Assembly: GCA_965213685.1 (NCBI GenBank)
Contig: CBDBZY010000038.1
Location: 32,001 to 96,000 of the forward strand
Length of the DNA: 64,000 nucleotides
Reading direction: 5' to 3'
From: a bacterium
Lineage (GTDB): Bacteria; UBA8248
Positions 39,460-50,319 of the stretch are shown here, in pieces. The notes beneath the pieces are model-generated. The model had not been told where the DNA came from. It made no database searches and worked only from the letters and a program-made list of their open reading frames with translations. Position 1 is the first letter of the stretch. Each line of letters starts with the position of its first letter. The translations under genes were made by a program, and so were the position numbers.

Positions 39460-40542
39460 TCACGCGGCCGCCTGCTCGCGGCACAGCGCGGCCACGGCTT
39501 CGGAGGCGTTTGCCCGGGCGAGGGCGCCCATCCGACTCGACATGACGGCCAGTTTCTCCCGCTCCGCCTCGTATTCCAGGCAGGCGTCCGCCAAAATCCG
39601 CCCGCTCGCGTCCTTTTGGAGAAGCATGCGCGCGGCCCCGCGCTCCGCCAGATAGCGGGCGTTCGCCTCCTGGTGGCCGTGGGCCGCGATGGGCAGGGGA
39701 ATCAGCACGGCGGGCAGGGACATGGCGGCCAGCTCCGCCACGCTCATCGCTCCCGCCCGCGCGAAGCACACCTGCGCCCAGCGATAGCGCTTCGCCATGT
39801 CATACAGATAGGGGAGGACCTCCGCGCGCGCGCCGACGCTCTCGTAGGCCGCGCGCACGCGCGCCAGGTCCGCCTCCCCCGTCTGGTGCACGAACCGCAT
39901 CCTCTCCACGGCGTCGCCCAGGCGGGGCAGCGCCTCCATCATCGCCTCGTTGATGGCCCGCGCCCCCTGGCTCCCGCCAAATATGAGTACCCGCAAAGGC
40001 CCGCCCCAGGAATCCGCACTCCGCTCGAACCGCTCCGAGAACTCGCTCCGCAGCGGCAGGCCGGTCTCCACCGTCTTGTCTGCGGGAAAGCCCCCGCCCC
40101 GCACGGGCAGCCCCACGGCGACCTTCGACGCCAGGCGGGACAACAGGCGGTTGGACACGCCGGGGACGACGTTCTGCTCGATCAGGACGATCGGCCTTCT
40201 CCACAGGCTGGCGGCGACGACCGTCGGAACGCTCGCATAGCCGCCCACGCCGACGACGACGTGCGGCCGAAACCGCCTCAGAATTCCGTTCGCCTGACAA
40301 AATCCATACCCCGTCATGGCGAGTGCCCGTACCTTCCCGCCCACGGAGCGGCCCAGGACGCCGGCACACGCGATGGTCTCGAAGGGCAGTCCCTCGCGCG
40401 GCAGCACCCGCGCCTCCACGGCGCGGGCGGTGCCCACGAACAACACCTCGTTCTCGCCCGCATCCGCGAGCCAGGCCCTGGCCACCGCGACCCCCGGGTA
40501 GAGGTGTCCGCCCGTGCCGCCGCCCGCGATGAGAAGCCTCAT
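39460..40542 (-). CDS. murG: Lipid I N-acetylglucosaminyltransferase
   Basis: AGGGTGGH.YP, GGYAS, EQN, FGGSQGA, RAGA, HQEANA. Confidence 0.97.
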   Translation of the reverse strand: MRLLIAGGGTGGHLYPGVAVARAWLADAGENEVLFVGTARAVEARVLPREGLPFETIACAGVLGRSVGGKVRALAMTGYGFCQANGILRRFRPHVVVGVGGYASVPTVVAASLWRRPIVLIEQNVVPGVSNRLLSRLASKVAVGLPVRGGGFPADKTVETGLPLRSEFSERFERSADSWGGPLRVLIFGGSQGARAINEAMMEALPRLGDAVERMRFVHQTGEADLARVRAAYESVGARAEVLPYLYDMAKRYRWAQVCFARAGAMSVAELAAMSLPAVLIPLPIAAHGHQEANARYLAERGAARMLLQKDASGRILADACLEYEAEREKLAVMSSRMGALARANASEAVAALCREQAAA

Positions 40543-41696
40543 GGGCGCGCCCTCCCCCCGGGTGCCGCGTCGAACGGGCTCGCCTGCTCCCGCCCCCCAG
40601 CGGGGTCTTGATTCGGCGACGCGACCGAAAGCAGGAGCCCCAGGGCGATGAGGGTGCAGACCAGGGACGACCCGCCCAGACTGATGAGGGGCAGCGGTAT
40701 GCCCGTGGTGGGCAGGAGCCCCGTCGCCACCGCCATGTTCAGGAAAGCCTGCGAGGTGACGAGAAACGTCACGCCGGCCGCCAGGAGTGCGCCGAACGCA
40801 TCCTCGCAACGGGCGGATATCCGCAACCCCCGCCAGAGGAGGGCCACGAACGCCGCCGCGACGCACAGGGAGCCGATGAGCCCCAGCTCCTCGCCCACGA
40901 CCGCGTAGATGAAATCCGTATGGGGCTCCGGCAGATAGAAGAGCTTCTGCTTGCCCTCGCCCAGGCCGAGGCCCGTCGCCCCGCCCCGCGCGATGGCCAG
41001 CAAGGACTGGATGAGCTGATAGCCTGCGCCCTTGGCCGCGGCGAAGGGATCCCAAAAGGCCAGAATCCGCTTCATGCGCCACGGGGCGAGGGCCACCATG
41101 CCGAACACGACGGACGCCATGGCGATCCCGCAGACGCCCAGATGCAGCCAGCGCGCACCCGCCAGGAAGAGGAGCGCGCCGACGAGTGCGGCGATCAGGA
41201 TGGCCGACCCCAGGTCCGGCTGCGTCAGCACCAGGGCGAGGACGAGCGCCGGGAATCCGGCCGATGCGAGAAATCCCTCCTTCCAGCGCCTGATGCCCTC
41301 CCCCTTGAGCGCCAGGAAGTGCGCCAGGAAAACCACCAGCCCCAGTTTCGCGGCCTCCGCCGGCTGAAACGAAAGGGGGCCAAGCGCCAGCCACCGGCGG
41401 GCGCCTCCCGCCTCCTTGCCGACGCCCGGGACGAACACCAGCAAGAGCGCCAGCACCGAGGCGATGATGAAGGGGAGCGCCATCTTGCGAATCTGGCGGG
41501 GGTCGCTCCGCGAAACCGCCAGCATGAGGACGAACCCGAGCGTCGCCCACAAAATGTGGCGCTTCACGAAGAAGAACGCGTCGCCGTACGTATCCAGCGC
41601 CAGGATGTGACTCGCGCTGAACACCATGACCACGCCGAACACGACGAGGCCCAGCGCCAGGCAAAAGACGACGGGATCCATGCGTCTTTGGGTCAC
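40539..41696 (-). CDS. ftsW: Peptidoglycan polymerase FtsW
   Basis: GARRW, FQPAE, QPDLGS, YQLIQS, YLPEPHTDFI, LPLISLGGSS. Confidence 0.96.
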   Translation of the reverse strand: MTQRRMDPVVFCLALGLVVFGVVMVFSASHILALDTYGDAFFFVKRHILWATLGFVLMLAVSRSDPRQIRKMALPFIIASVLALLLVFVPGVGKEAGGARRWLALGPLSFQPAEAAKLGLVVFLAHFLALKGEGIRRWKEGFLASAGFPALVLALVLTQPDLGSAILIAALVGALLFLAGARWLHLGVCGIAMASVVFGMVALAPWRMKRILAFWDPFAAAKGAGYQLIQSLLAIARGGATGLGLGEGKQKLFYLPEPHTDFIYAVVGEELGLIGSLCVAAAFVALLWRGLRISARCEDAFGALLAAGVTFLVTSQAFLNMAVATGLLPTTGIPLPLISLGGSSLVCTLIALGLLLSVASPNQDPAGGREQASPFDAAPGGRARP

Positions 41697-43090
41697 CCTC
41701 CACCCCCTCTCGCCAGCTCCTGCACCATGCGGCGAAACGCATCGCCCCGGTGGGCGTAGTCGCGAAACTGATCGAAGCTGGAGCAGGCCGGCGAGAGGAG
41801 CACCGTATCCCCCCGCCGCGCCGCCTCGTGGGAGAAGCGCACCGCCTCGTCCAGCGTCTTCGCCTCCACGACGGGCGCGCGCCCGCGGAAGAAGCGGCCG
41901 AACCGCTCCGCCGCCTCGCCGATGAGAACCATCTGGCGAACCTTGTCCTCCACGGCGGCGCACAGGGGCGTCAGGTCGCTCCCCTTGTCCGTGCCGCCGG
42001 CGATGAGCAGCACGTTTCCCGCCAGACCCTCCAGGCTCATGGCCGTGGCGCCCACGTTCGTTCCCTTGGAGTCGTTCACCCAGCACACGCCGTTCACCTC
42101 GCCCACCATCTCCATCCGGTGGGGCAAACCCGCAAAGCCGCGTGCGGTGCGGGCCATCGCCTCCGCGTCCGCGCCCAGAAAACGGGCCGCCGCGCACGCG
42201 GCCAGAAAATTCTCCAGGTTGTGGAGGCCGGAGGCCCGAAGGTCGTCCGCCCCGCACACCCGGACATGGCCGGCGGCCTCGGCCAGGAACACGTCGCCGT
42301 CTGCGACGCAGGCGCCCCGGCGCACCGGCCCCTTTCGGCTGAACGCCAGAACGCTTTGCGCACCGCCCGCCATGTATCGCGCCGCCCGGGGGTCGTCCGC
42401 GTTCAGCACCTTGGCGTCCCCCGCATCCTGACGGGCGAACAGCCGCGCCTTGATGGCGGCGTACTCCTGCATGTCCGGGTGCCTGTCCAGGTGGTCGGGC
42501 GTCAGGTTGGTCATCACCCCCACCCTCGGCTTTATCGTGGGCGCCCATTCGAGCTGGAAGCTGCTGACCTCGCCGACGATGAAGTCCGCCCTCTCCCCCT
42601 CGGCCTCCACCACCTCGACGAGCGCCCTGCCAATGTTGCCGCCCACCGGCGCGCGAAAACCGCTCTCCTCCAGCATTCTTCCCAGCATCACGGCGACCGT
42701 CGTCTTGCCGTTCGTGCCGGTGACGGCGGCGACGGGCGCGGGACACAGCCGACACGCCAGCTCCACCTCGCTGATCACCTCGGCGCCCGACGCTCGCGCC
42801 AGGGCGATATAGCGGTTCGTCGCCGGAACCCCCGGGCTCACCACGAGCAGGTCGCACGCATGAAATCGCTCCTCCCGATGGCGCCCGAGCTCGAGAACCA
42901 CCTCGGGGGGCAGCCTCCCGGCCAGGCCTGGAACTTCCTGCAGGTCCGTGCCCACCACCTGCGCGCCCAGGCGCGCCAGGGCGCCCGCCGCGGCAACCCC
43001 GCTCCGCGCCATTCCCATGACGAGCGCCCGCCTGCCAGGCAGGGATTCCGTCCACGACGTGGCCTTGCCGCCCAAAACGAGGCTCCTCAT
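41693..43090 (-). CDS. murD: UDP-MurNAc-L-Ala--D-glutamate ligase
   Basis: GMARSG, VSPG, GTNGKTT, EVSSFQL, DHLDRH, NDSKGTN, LSPACSSFDQF. Confidence 0.97.
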   Translation of the reverse strand: MRSLVLGGKATSWTESLPGRRALVMGMARSGVAAAGALARLGAQVVGTDLQEVPGLAGRLPPEVVLELGRHREERFHACDLLVVSPGVPATNRYIALARASGAEVISEVELACRLCPAPVAAVTGTNGKTTVAVMLGRMLEESGFRAPVGGNIGRALVEVVEAEGERADFIVGEVSSFQLEWAPTIKPRVGVMTNLTPDHLDRHPDMQEYAAIKARLFARQDAGDAKVLNADDPRAARYMAGGAQSVLAFSRKGPVRRGACVADGDVFLAEAAGHVRVCGADDLRASGLHNLENFLAACAAARFLGADAEAMARTARGFAGLPHRMEMVGEVNGVCWVNDSKGTNVGATAMSLEGLAGNVLLIAGGTDKGSDLTPLCAAVEDKVRQMVLIGEAAERFGRFFRGRAPVVEAKTLDEAVRFSHEAARRGDTVLLSPACSSFDQFRDYAHRGDAFRRMVQELARGGGG

Positions 43091-44172
43091 CTCAGCTTCA
43101 GCGTCGCCAGGCTCATCAGCGCCAGCACGACCGCGACTATCCAGAACCGGACAGTCACCTTCGGCTCGGACCAGCCCTTTGCCTCGAAGTGATGATGCAG
43201 CGGCGCCATCCGGAAAATGCGCTGGCCGGTGGCCTTGAAAGAGAACACCTGCAATATAACGGAGAGCGCCTCGATGACGAACAGGCCGCCCACCAGAAAC
43301 AGCAGGAGCTCCTGCTTGATCGCCAGCGCCACGGTGGCCAGCAGCGCGCCCAGCGAGAGGGCGCCCACGTCGCCCATGAACACCTGGGCCGGATAGGCGT
43401 TAAACCACAAAAACCCCAGGCCCGCGCCAAACATGGCGCCGCAGACGATGGTCAGCTCCCCCGCGCCGCGAACGGGCAGGATGAGCAGATACTTGGAGAT
43501 GACGGCGTGCCCCGAGACATAGCTGAAAACGAGATACGCGCCTGCGGCGATCATCAGCGGGCCGATGGCGAGGCCGTCGAGTCCGTCCGTGAGATTCACG
43601 GCGTTGCTCGTCGAGACGATGACGAGGGCGGCGTAGGGCACGAACCAGATGCCGAGGTCGGGCTGGAGGTTCTTGAAGATGGGGAACATGACGGCGGTGC
43701 TGACGCTCCCTCCGACCAGGCCGCTATACAGGGCGTATCCCACGGCGAGGCCGAGCAACCCTTGAACCGCGAACTTCCGGGAGGGCCGGACGCCGTTCTT
43801 GTCCTTGAGCACCACCTTCCGGTAATCATCCCAAAAACCCAGGAGGCCGAAGGCGGCCAGGACAAACAGACAGAGCCAGACGTAGCCGTTTGCGAGGTCG
43901 TTCCACATCAGGACCGGAACGGCCACGCACGAGAGGATGAGCACGCCGCCCATCGTCGGGGTTCCTTGTTTCGACATGTGGCTCTGCGGGCCGTCGTCCC
44001 GGATGACTTCTCCCAGCTGACGCCTTTGGAGATAGCGAATGAGGCACGGCCCCAGCAGCAGCGCCATGGCGAGGGCGGAGAGCACAGCCATGGCCGTCCG
44101 GAACGTGATGAAGCGAAACACGTTCAAGGCGGAGAGCGCGTCACTCATGGAAACGAAAGCGGAATACAGCAT
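43087..44172 (-). CDS. mraY: Phospho-MurNAc-pentapeptide transferase
   Basis: KQGTPTMGG, DDY, NAVNLTDGLDGL, FMGDVG, APLHHHFE. Confidence 0.98.
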   Translation of the reverse strand: MLYSAFVSMSDALSALNVFRFITFRTAMAVLSALAMALLLGPCLIRYLQRRQLGEVIRDDGPQSHMSKQGTPTMGGVLILSCVAVPVLMWNDLANGYVWLCLFVLAAFGLLGFWDDYRKVVLKDKNGVRPSRKFAVQGLLGLAVGYALYSGLVGGSVSTAVMFPIFKNLQPDLGIWFVPYAALVIVSTSNAVNLTDGLDGLAIGPLMIAAGAYLVFSYVSGHAVISKYLLILPVRGAGELTIVCGAMFGAGLGFLWFNAYPAQVFMGDVGALSLGALLATVALAIKQELLLFLVGGLFVIEALSVILQVFSFKATGQRIFRMAPLHHHFEAKGWSEPKVTVRFWIVAVVLALMSLATLKLR

Positions 44173-45590
44173 CAGATTTCCAGTCCCTCGATCACGCGCT
44201 CCATCCCCATCGAGCGCGACCCCTTCACCAGCACCCAGTCGCCGGAGGAGAGGAGGCCGGCCACTCGTGCGGCGGCGGCCTCCGGCGCGTCAAAACCCAT
44301 GAGCCGGGAATCCTCCATGCCCGCCCGGCGCGCCTCCTCGGACGCCAGCCGCATCAGCGGCCCCACCGCCACGAACAGGTCCACCCCGCATTCGGACACT
44401 TTTCGGCCCACCTCCCGATGCGCACTCTCGGCGGCCTCGCCGAGTTCCGCCATATCGCCGAGGATCGATATGAGCCTTCCGCCCCCCCGCACCTCCCCCG
44501 CAGTCTCCAGTGCGCGGAAGACGGACGCGGGATTCGCGTTGTAGGAATCATCCAGCAGGCGAACGCCCGGCCGGCCGGCCACCTCCCGCGCCCGCAGGCG
44601 CATCTCGGGGGGCTGCGCGCGCGCCAGCCCGGCGGCCGCCTCCGAGGGGGGGACGCCCAGGGCATGCGCACAGCCAGCGGCGGCCAGTGCGTTCAGAACG
44701 TTATGACGGCCGAGCACCCTCAGCCGAACGCTCCTCCGCTCCCCGTCGGGGCCCCTGAGCGTGAAGCGCACCCCCTCTGCGGCGGTCCGCACCCGGTCGG
44801 CCCAAAAATCGTTTTCCGGCGAGAAGCCAAACCGAATCACGCGCCCGCCCGCCGCCTCGTGCCTTCCGGCGAGGGTGCGGCTGTGCGCGTCCTCGCCCGA
44901 GAGGACGGCCGCCCCGTCCGCCGGCAGCCCCTCCAGTATCTCGCCTTTCGCGTCGCGCACCGCCTCGACGCTCCCGAGCCCCTCGATATGGACGGGCGCG
45001 ACGTTCGTGATCACGGCGATTCGGGGCCGGGCGATTTCGGCGAGCCTTCTGATCTCACCGGCCCGGTTCATGCCCATCTCGAAGACGGCGCGGGCGTGCT
45101 CCCCGTCGAGCCGGAGCACCTCGTGCGGCAGCCCCACCAGGTTGTTCCGGTTTCCCCGGCTCTTGCACGTCGCCCCCCCCAGGGAGAGGATGGCGGCTAT
45201 CATCTCCTTCGTCGTCGTCTTCCCGTTGCTGCCGGTCACCCCCACCACGGGAATCGCAAAGCGGTCGCGGTGCAAGCGCGCCAGATCGCCGAGTGCCCGC
45301 AGGGTGTCGTCCACCTCGATGACGAAGCCACAGCCCATGCGGGGAGCGTCCGCGCCTCTCTCCACGACGACGCCCGCCGCCTTTTTCTCCGCTGCCTCGT
45401 CCAGGAAGGCGGCGCCATCGAAGCGCGGGCCGCGCAGCGCGACGAACAGCTCGCCCGCTCCCAGCGTGCGCGTGTCCGTGCTCACCCCGGCGGCGCGGGT
45501 CGCGCCATCCCCGCGAACGAGCCGCCCTCCCACAGCCGCCGCAATCTCCCGCGCGTCAAAGACGGCCGCCATCGCCTCCGCCCCCATCAT
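44172..45590 (-). CDS. murF: UDP-MurNAc-tripeptide--D-Ala-D-Ala ligase
   Basis: GSNGKTTTKE, EMGMN, DSYNANP, GDMAELG, VKGSRS. Confidence 0.96.
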   Translation of the reverse strand: MMGAEAMAAVFDAREIAAAVGGRLVRGDGATRAAGVSTDTRTLGAGELFVALRGPRFDGAAFLDEAAEKKAAGVVVERGADAPRMGCGFVIEVDDTLRALGDLARLHRDRFAIPVVGVTGSNGKTTTKEMIAAILSLGGATCKSRGNRNNLVGLPHEVLRLDGEHARAVFEMGMNRAGEIRRLAEIARPRIAVITNVAPVHIEGLGSVEAVRDAKGEILEGLPADGAAVLSGEDAHSRTLAGRHEAAGGRVIRFGFSPENDFWADRVRTAAEGVRFTLRGPDGERRSVRLRVLGRHNVLNALAAAGCAHALGVPPSEAAAGLARAQPPEMRLRAREVAGRPGVRLLDDSYNANPASVFRALETAGEVRGGGRLISILGDMAELGEAAESAHREVGRKVSECGVDLFVAVGPLMRLASEEARRAGMEDSRLMGFDAPEAAAARVAGLLSSGDWVLVKGSRSMGMERVIEGLEI

Positions 45591-47065
45591 CCCGCATACC
45601 CCGCCAGACGCAGCGCCCTGCGCGCCTCCGCGCGATCGTCAAACGGGACGCGCTCCTTCCCCAGAACCTGATACGTCTCATGTCCCTTGCCGGCGATGAT
45701 CACGGCGTCGCCCGCGCGCGCCTCGGCGAGAACCGCCTGAATCGCCTCGCGCCTGTCCACGATGGTTCTCCAGCCCCCGGCGCTCCCGGGAACCAGCGCG
45801 GCGCCCGATTCCATCTCCCTCAGAATCGCCTCGGGGTCCTCCGTGCGCGGATTGTCCGACGTCATCACCACATAATCGCTCGCCCGCAGGGCGGCGGCGG
45901 CCATGCGCGGGCGCTTTTCCCTGTCCCTGTCGCCTCCGCATCCCATGAGGGTGAGAATCCTGCCCTGTGCGACGGGGCGGGCGAACTCCAGCAGGCGGGC
46001 GAGGGCGTCCTCGGTATGCGCGTAATCCACTACCACCAAAAAGGGCTGGCCCGCGTCTATCCGCTCGAAACGCCCGGGGATGTTCCCGAGGGAGCGGACC
46101 CCCGCCGCCACCTCGTCGAGCGTCAAGCCGCAGGAGAGGCACGCCGCCGAGGCGGCCAGGATGTTGCTCAGGTTGTGGCGGCCGATGAGGGAGGTCTCGA
46201 CCGGCACCCGCCCGCCGGGCGTCGCCATCCGGAAACGCATGCCGGAAGGCGCGCTGGACACGCTCTCCGCGCGAACCTCCGCCGCGCCGTCCACGGCGTA
46301 CGTCCAGACGACCCTCCCCCGCGCCTCCGCCGCGATTCTCCTCCCGTATTCATCATCCGCGTTGAGGATGGAATGCGCCGGGGCGAACTCCCGGAACAGC
46401 TTCCGCTTCGCCTGAAAGTACGACTCCATGTCGCCGTGAAAATCGAGATGATCCTGCGTGAGGTTGGTGAACACGGCCGTTTGAAACTCACAGCCGAGCA
46501 ACCTGCCGAGGGACAGCCCGTGACTCGACACTTCCATCACCGCGTGGGACGCGCCGGCGTCCGCCATCCGGCGCAGATAGCGCTGCAGGTCGGGGCCCTC
46601 CGGCGTGGTGCGCGGCTCCTCGAACACGTCGCCGCCGACGCGGTAGTGAATCGTCCCCATCAAGCCGCCATCCCGGCCCGAGGAGCGGAGAATCGCATCG
46701 ATGAGAAACGCGGTGGTCGTCTTCCCGTTCGTGCCCGTGACGCCGATGAGCGCCAGCTCCCCGGAGGGATGGCCATAGAACGCATCGCCGATGCGGGAGA
46801 GCGCCTCGCGGCAGGAGGACGCGACGAACTGGGGTATTTCGGGGGAGACCCCCTCCAGCCTCCGCTCCACGACGAGGGCGGCGGCGCCCGCCTCCAGTGC
46901 GGCTTCTACGAAATCGTGGCCATCGGCCTCGAAGCCCGGCACCGCGACAAAGACGTCGCCCGCCCGGATGCGGCGAGAATCATACGCCACGCCGGCGACC
47001 CGCACGGAAAAATCCCCCGCGACGCGCGCACCGGGCACCGCCCGCGTCAACTCCCCGAACGGCAT
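45587..47065 (-). CDS. murE: UDP-MurNAc-dipeptide--meso-DAP ligase
   Basis: GTNGKTT, TTP, MEVSSH, DHLDFH, DYAHT, DNPR (meso-DAP specificity), GKGHETYQ. Confidence 0.96.
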   Translation of the reverse strand: MPFGELTRAVPGARVAGDFSVRVAGVAYDSRRIRAGDVFVAVPGFEADGHDFVEAALEAGAAALVVERRLEGVSPEIPQFVASSCREALSRIGDAFYGHPSGELALIGVTGTNGKTTTAFLIDAILRSSGRDGGLMGTIHYRVGGDVFEEPRTTPEGPDLQRYLRRMADAGASHAVMEVSSHGLSLGRLLGCEFQTAVFTNLTQDHLDFHGDMESYFQAKRKLFREFAPAHSILNADDEYGRRIAAEARGRVVWTYAVDGAAEVRAESVSSAPSGMRFRMATPGGRVPVETSLIGRHNLSNILAASAACLSCGLTLDEVAAGVRSLGNIPGRFERIDAGQPFLVVVDYAHTEDALARLLEFARPVAQGRILTLMGCGGDRDREKRPRMAAAALRASDYVVMTSDNPRTEDPEAILREMESGAALVPGSAGGWRTIVDRREAIQAVLAEARAGDAVIIAGKGHETYQVLGKERVPFDDRAEARRALRLAGYAG

Positions 47066-47094
47066 GCTCCTCTCTCTCACCGCCGTCACCCCGC

Positions 47095-48893
47095 TCAATG
47101 CGCAGCACCTCCCAAAGAGGCGCTGGGCGCCCCCCCCGTCCGGCGGCCGCTTCGCGCCTCGCGCGCCCGCGCGGCCGTCGGCGGGCAGGCGCGCCACCCG
47201 CAAGACCCTGGCCCCGCTCGGGGGCACGCGCATGTAGCGCAACGCCTGCCAGGCGATTCGCCGCCAAACCGGCGCCGCGACCGTCCCTCCCCACGCGCCG
47301 CCGCGCCCGCGCCCGCCGTCAAATATGACGATGAGCGCGAACCGGGGGTTGTCGTAGGGGGCGAACCCCACGAACGACATGATGAAATGCGAACGGCTGT
47401 AGCCCCTCTGGCCGGGCAGGGACTTCTGCGCCGTGCCCGTCTTGCCAGCGGCGCCGTAGCCCCGGAATTTCGGCCCGCGTCCCCGTGCCCTCGGTCACCA
47501 CCTTCCTCATCAGGGCGCCGATGCGTCCCGCCACCCGCTGCGAGACGACGCGGCGGACGTCCGGTGCCCGCGCGGGGCGCGTCCTCCCCCCGCCGCGTTC
47601 GACGGCGTCCAGGAGAACGGGCCTGGGCATCAGGCCGCCGTTCGCCACCGCGGCCACGGCCATCGCCATCTGCAGGGGGGTGACGCCCACCTCCTGCCCC
47701 ATGGGCACAGCCGCCAGCGAGGTTCCCGACCACCGGCCCGGCGGACGGAGGATTCCCCGCGCCTCGCCGGGAAAATCAACCCCCGTCTTTTCGCCGAAGC
47801 CGAATCGGCGCGCCATGCGGTAGATGCGGTGCTTGCCAATCTCCCGCGCCATCTTGAACACGCCGATGTTCGAGGAGCGCACGATGGCCTCCTCGGCGGT
47901 GAGCCAGCCGTATTTTTTGTGATCGCGCAGGGTATGGCGGCCGATGCGGTAGGAGCCGCGTTCGGCAAAATACCTTTTGGCGAGCGATTTTCCCGCGTCC
48001 AGAAAAGCCGCCGCCGTGATGATCTTGAACGTCGAGCCGGGCTCGTAGAACTCCTGAATGGCGGGCTCTTTCCAGAGGGAGGGGGCGGAAAGCCCGTAGG
48101 CGTTCGGGTTGAACCCCGGCACGGACGCCAGGGCCAGGATTCTCCCGCTCCAGGGTTCGACCATCATGCCGATGGCGCGCTGCGCGCCCACCCGCTGCGC
48201 CTGGGCGCGCAACTCCTTCTCGACGATATACTGGAGCACTTCGTCGATGGTGAGGCGAACGTCCGCACCCGGTCGCGGAGCCACGAGAACCCGCGCCTCG
48301 GGATGAACCGACCTCCCCTTCGCATCCCGCTGGATGCGGATGCGGCCCGCGCGCCCGGCCATGCTGCTCTCGTAGAACCGCTCCGCACCGGACATGCCCG
48401 CATCGTCCACGCCCACGAACCCGACCACAGAGGAGGCGAGCTCCCGCTTGGGGTAGAACCGCCTGCTCTCGGTGACGAAACCTAGGCCGTCGAACCCCAG
48501 CCGCTCGATCCTTTTTTTCTGGTCCGGGTCTATCTTGCGCTTGAGCCAGACGTATCCCCGGCGGCCGTTCAGCTTCTGAAGGTAGTCCTTCATCGATCCG
48601 CCCAGAATGTTCTCGAGCGCCCGCGCCGTCCTCGGCGGATCGGCGATCTCCCCGGCCCTGGCGAAAAGGGAGGGCGCATCGATGCTCACGGCCAGGGGAC
48701 GTCCCCGCGCGTCCGTGACATCCCCGCGCCTGGCCCTCACCACAAGGGTGCGGCGCAGCTGGCGCTCCGCATAGGCCACGAGGCGGCCCCTGTCGCGCAT
48801 CTGGATGGCGAGGAGCTTGACCCCCAGCATGCAGAACGCGAACCCCACCAGGGAGCCGCAAACTATCAGGCGACGCGAGAAGCCCTGCTCCAT
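47095..48893 (-). CDS. ftsI: Class B PBP FtsI/PBP3 (indels near the C-terminus; end approximate)
   Basis: RGDVTD.RG, RFYP, EPGSTFK (SxxK), SSN (SxN), KTGTAQ after a frameshift. Confidence 0.92.
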
Positions 48894-48939
48894 GGACCAA
48901 CCTGCTGACGGGCGGCGGTGTCAAAAAGGCGCTGTCGTG

Positions 48940-49296
48940 CTAATTTCCGCGCCCAGCCTTCACGTACACGATCTGGCCGGGCTCCGGGAAAACCATCTTC
49001 ATTTTTTTTCGAGCGATCCGCTCGATTCGATCCAGCTGACGGAGCGCGGCCGCCTCGATTCGCAGGACGCGCCTGTCCTGCAAGAGTTTTTCTTTCTGGC
49101 GTTGCAGACGCGCCCGCTCATACCCGAACTTCACCATCTCCAGATGCGGCCAGACGAGTGCTGCGGCGCTGCACGCGATGCAGGCGATGCAGACGCCGGC
49201 CCTGGGCAGGGAAACGCGCGAGGCGGCCTCCGCCTTCCCGGACGCGCCCGCCCGCCGCCGGTTTCGCCGCGGACGCCGGAGTCCTGGCCGCCACAT
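48940..49296 (-). CDS. ftsL: Cell division protein FtsL
   Basis: TM helix + leucine zipper, RIERIARKKMKM..P; located between rsmH and ftsI. Confidence 0.85.
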   Translation of the reverse strand: MWRPGLRRPRRNRRRAGASGKAEAASRVSLPRAGVCIACIACSAAALVWPHLEMVKFGYERARLQRQKEKLLQDRRVLRIEAAALRQLDRIERIARKKMKMVFPEPGQIVYVKAGRGN

Positions 49297-49300
49297 CTCC

Positions 49301-50221
49301 TCACGACGCCCCGGCGAGACGCTCGGCGGCGCGAAGCTTCGCGCTGCGGCTGCGCGGGTTTTCCCGCGCTTCCGCATCGCCGGGACGAACCACCTTCGGC
49401 GTCAGGACCCGGAGGGTCGGCCGCTCGCGCCGGGAGAGCTCCCGAAAGAGGTTTTTGACGATTCGGTCCTCGAGCGAATGGAAGCTGATGACGACGATCC
49501 GCCCGCCCGGGCGCAGGAGGTCCACCGCGTCGCGCAAGGCGTCCTCCAGCGTCTCCAGCTCGCGGTTCACGGCGATCCGCAGCGCCTGGAACGTCCGGGT
49601 CGCGGGATGAATGCGCCGCCTTCTCCCGCGGTCGCCGCTCCTTCTGGCGACGACCGAGGCGATGAGCGCTGCGAGTTCATCGCAACGCCCGACGCCTCCC
49701 ATCGCGCGCGCACGCCCGATGGCGCGCGCAATGGCTCGGGAGTGGCGCTCTTCCCCGTATCGATAGATAAGATCGGCGAGGTCCTCCTCCGGCAGCCCGT
49801 TGACCAGCTCGGCGGCGGTCACGCCCCGGGACTGATCCATGCGCATGTCCAGAGGCGCGCGCGCGTCCATCCGAAATCCGCGCCCGGGCTGGTCGAGCTG
49901 CATCGAGGAACACCCCAGGTCAAACAAAACGCCATCCAGGGAGGCGTAGCCCTCCGCCGTCACGATGCGCCTCATTTCGCCATGATGGGCGTGGTGGATT
50001 CTGGCGGCGGGCCCATACTTCGCCAGCCGCTTGCGGCATGTTTCGACGGCATCCCCGTCCCGGTCCAGGCCGATCAGCACACCCGATGGCTGAACCGCAT
50101 CCAAAACCATGTCGCCGTGCCCCCCTCCGCCCAAGGTAGTATCTAAGAGCACGGCGCCCGGAGATGGCGACAGGAAGCGCAACACCTCCTGAACCAGGAC
50201 CGGGACATGGAACGCCGTCAT
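49301..50221 (-). CDS. rsmH: 16S rRNA m4C1402 methyltransferase
   Basis: HVPVL, DTTLGGGGH, DLGCSSMQLD, FQALRIAVN, SFHSLEDR, NPRSRSAKLR. Confidence 0.97.
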   Translation of the reverse strand: MTAFHVPVLVQEVLRFLSPSPGAVLLDTTLGGGGHGDMVLDAVQPSGVLIGLDRDGDAVETCRKRLAKYGPAARIHHAHHGEMRRIVTAEGYASLDGVLFDLGCSSMQLDQPGRGFRMDARAPLDMRMDQSRGVTAAELVNGLPEEDLADLIYRYGEERHSRAIARAIGRARAMGGVGRCDELAALIASVVARRSGDRGRRRRIHPATRTFQALRIAVNRELETLEDALRDAVDLLRPGGRIVVISFHSLEDRIVKNLFRELSRRERPTLRVLTPKVVRPGDAEARENPRSRSAKLRAAERLAGAS

Positions 50222-50319
50222 ATGCGCATTCTCACCGCCGAGGCCGTCCCCGGCGGCGCTTCTCCCTGAAGCTGGTCTCTCCAGCGTGGCAAACACCTGC
50301 GCTCCCCCTTCGCGCCACA

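Noticed and set aside
45587-47460. Apparent FtsI-MurE in-frame fusion
   Set aside because: MurE has its own RBS (GAGAGGAG) and ATG; ftsI is already frameshifted nearby, and a homopolymer at ~47130 probably hides the true stop.
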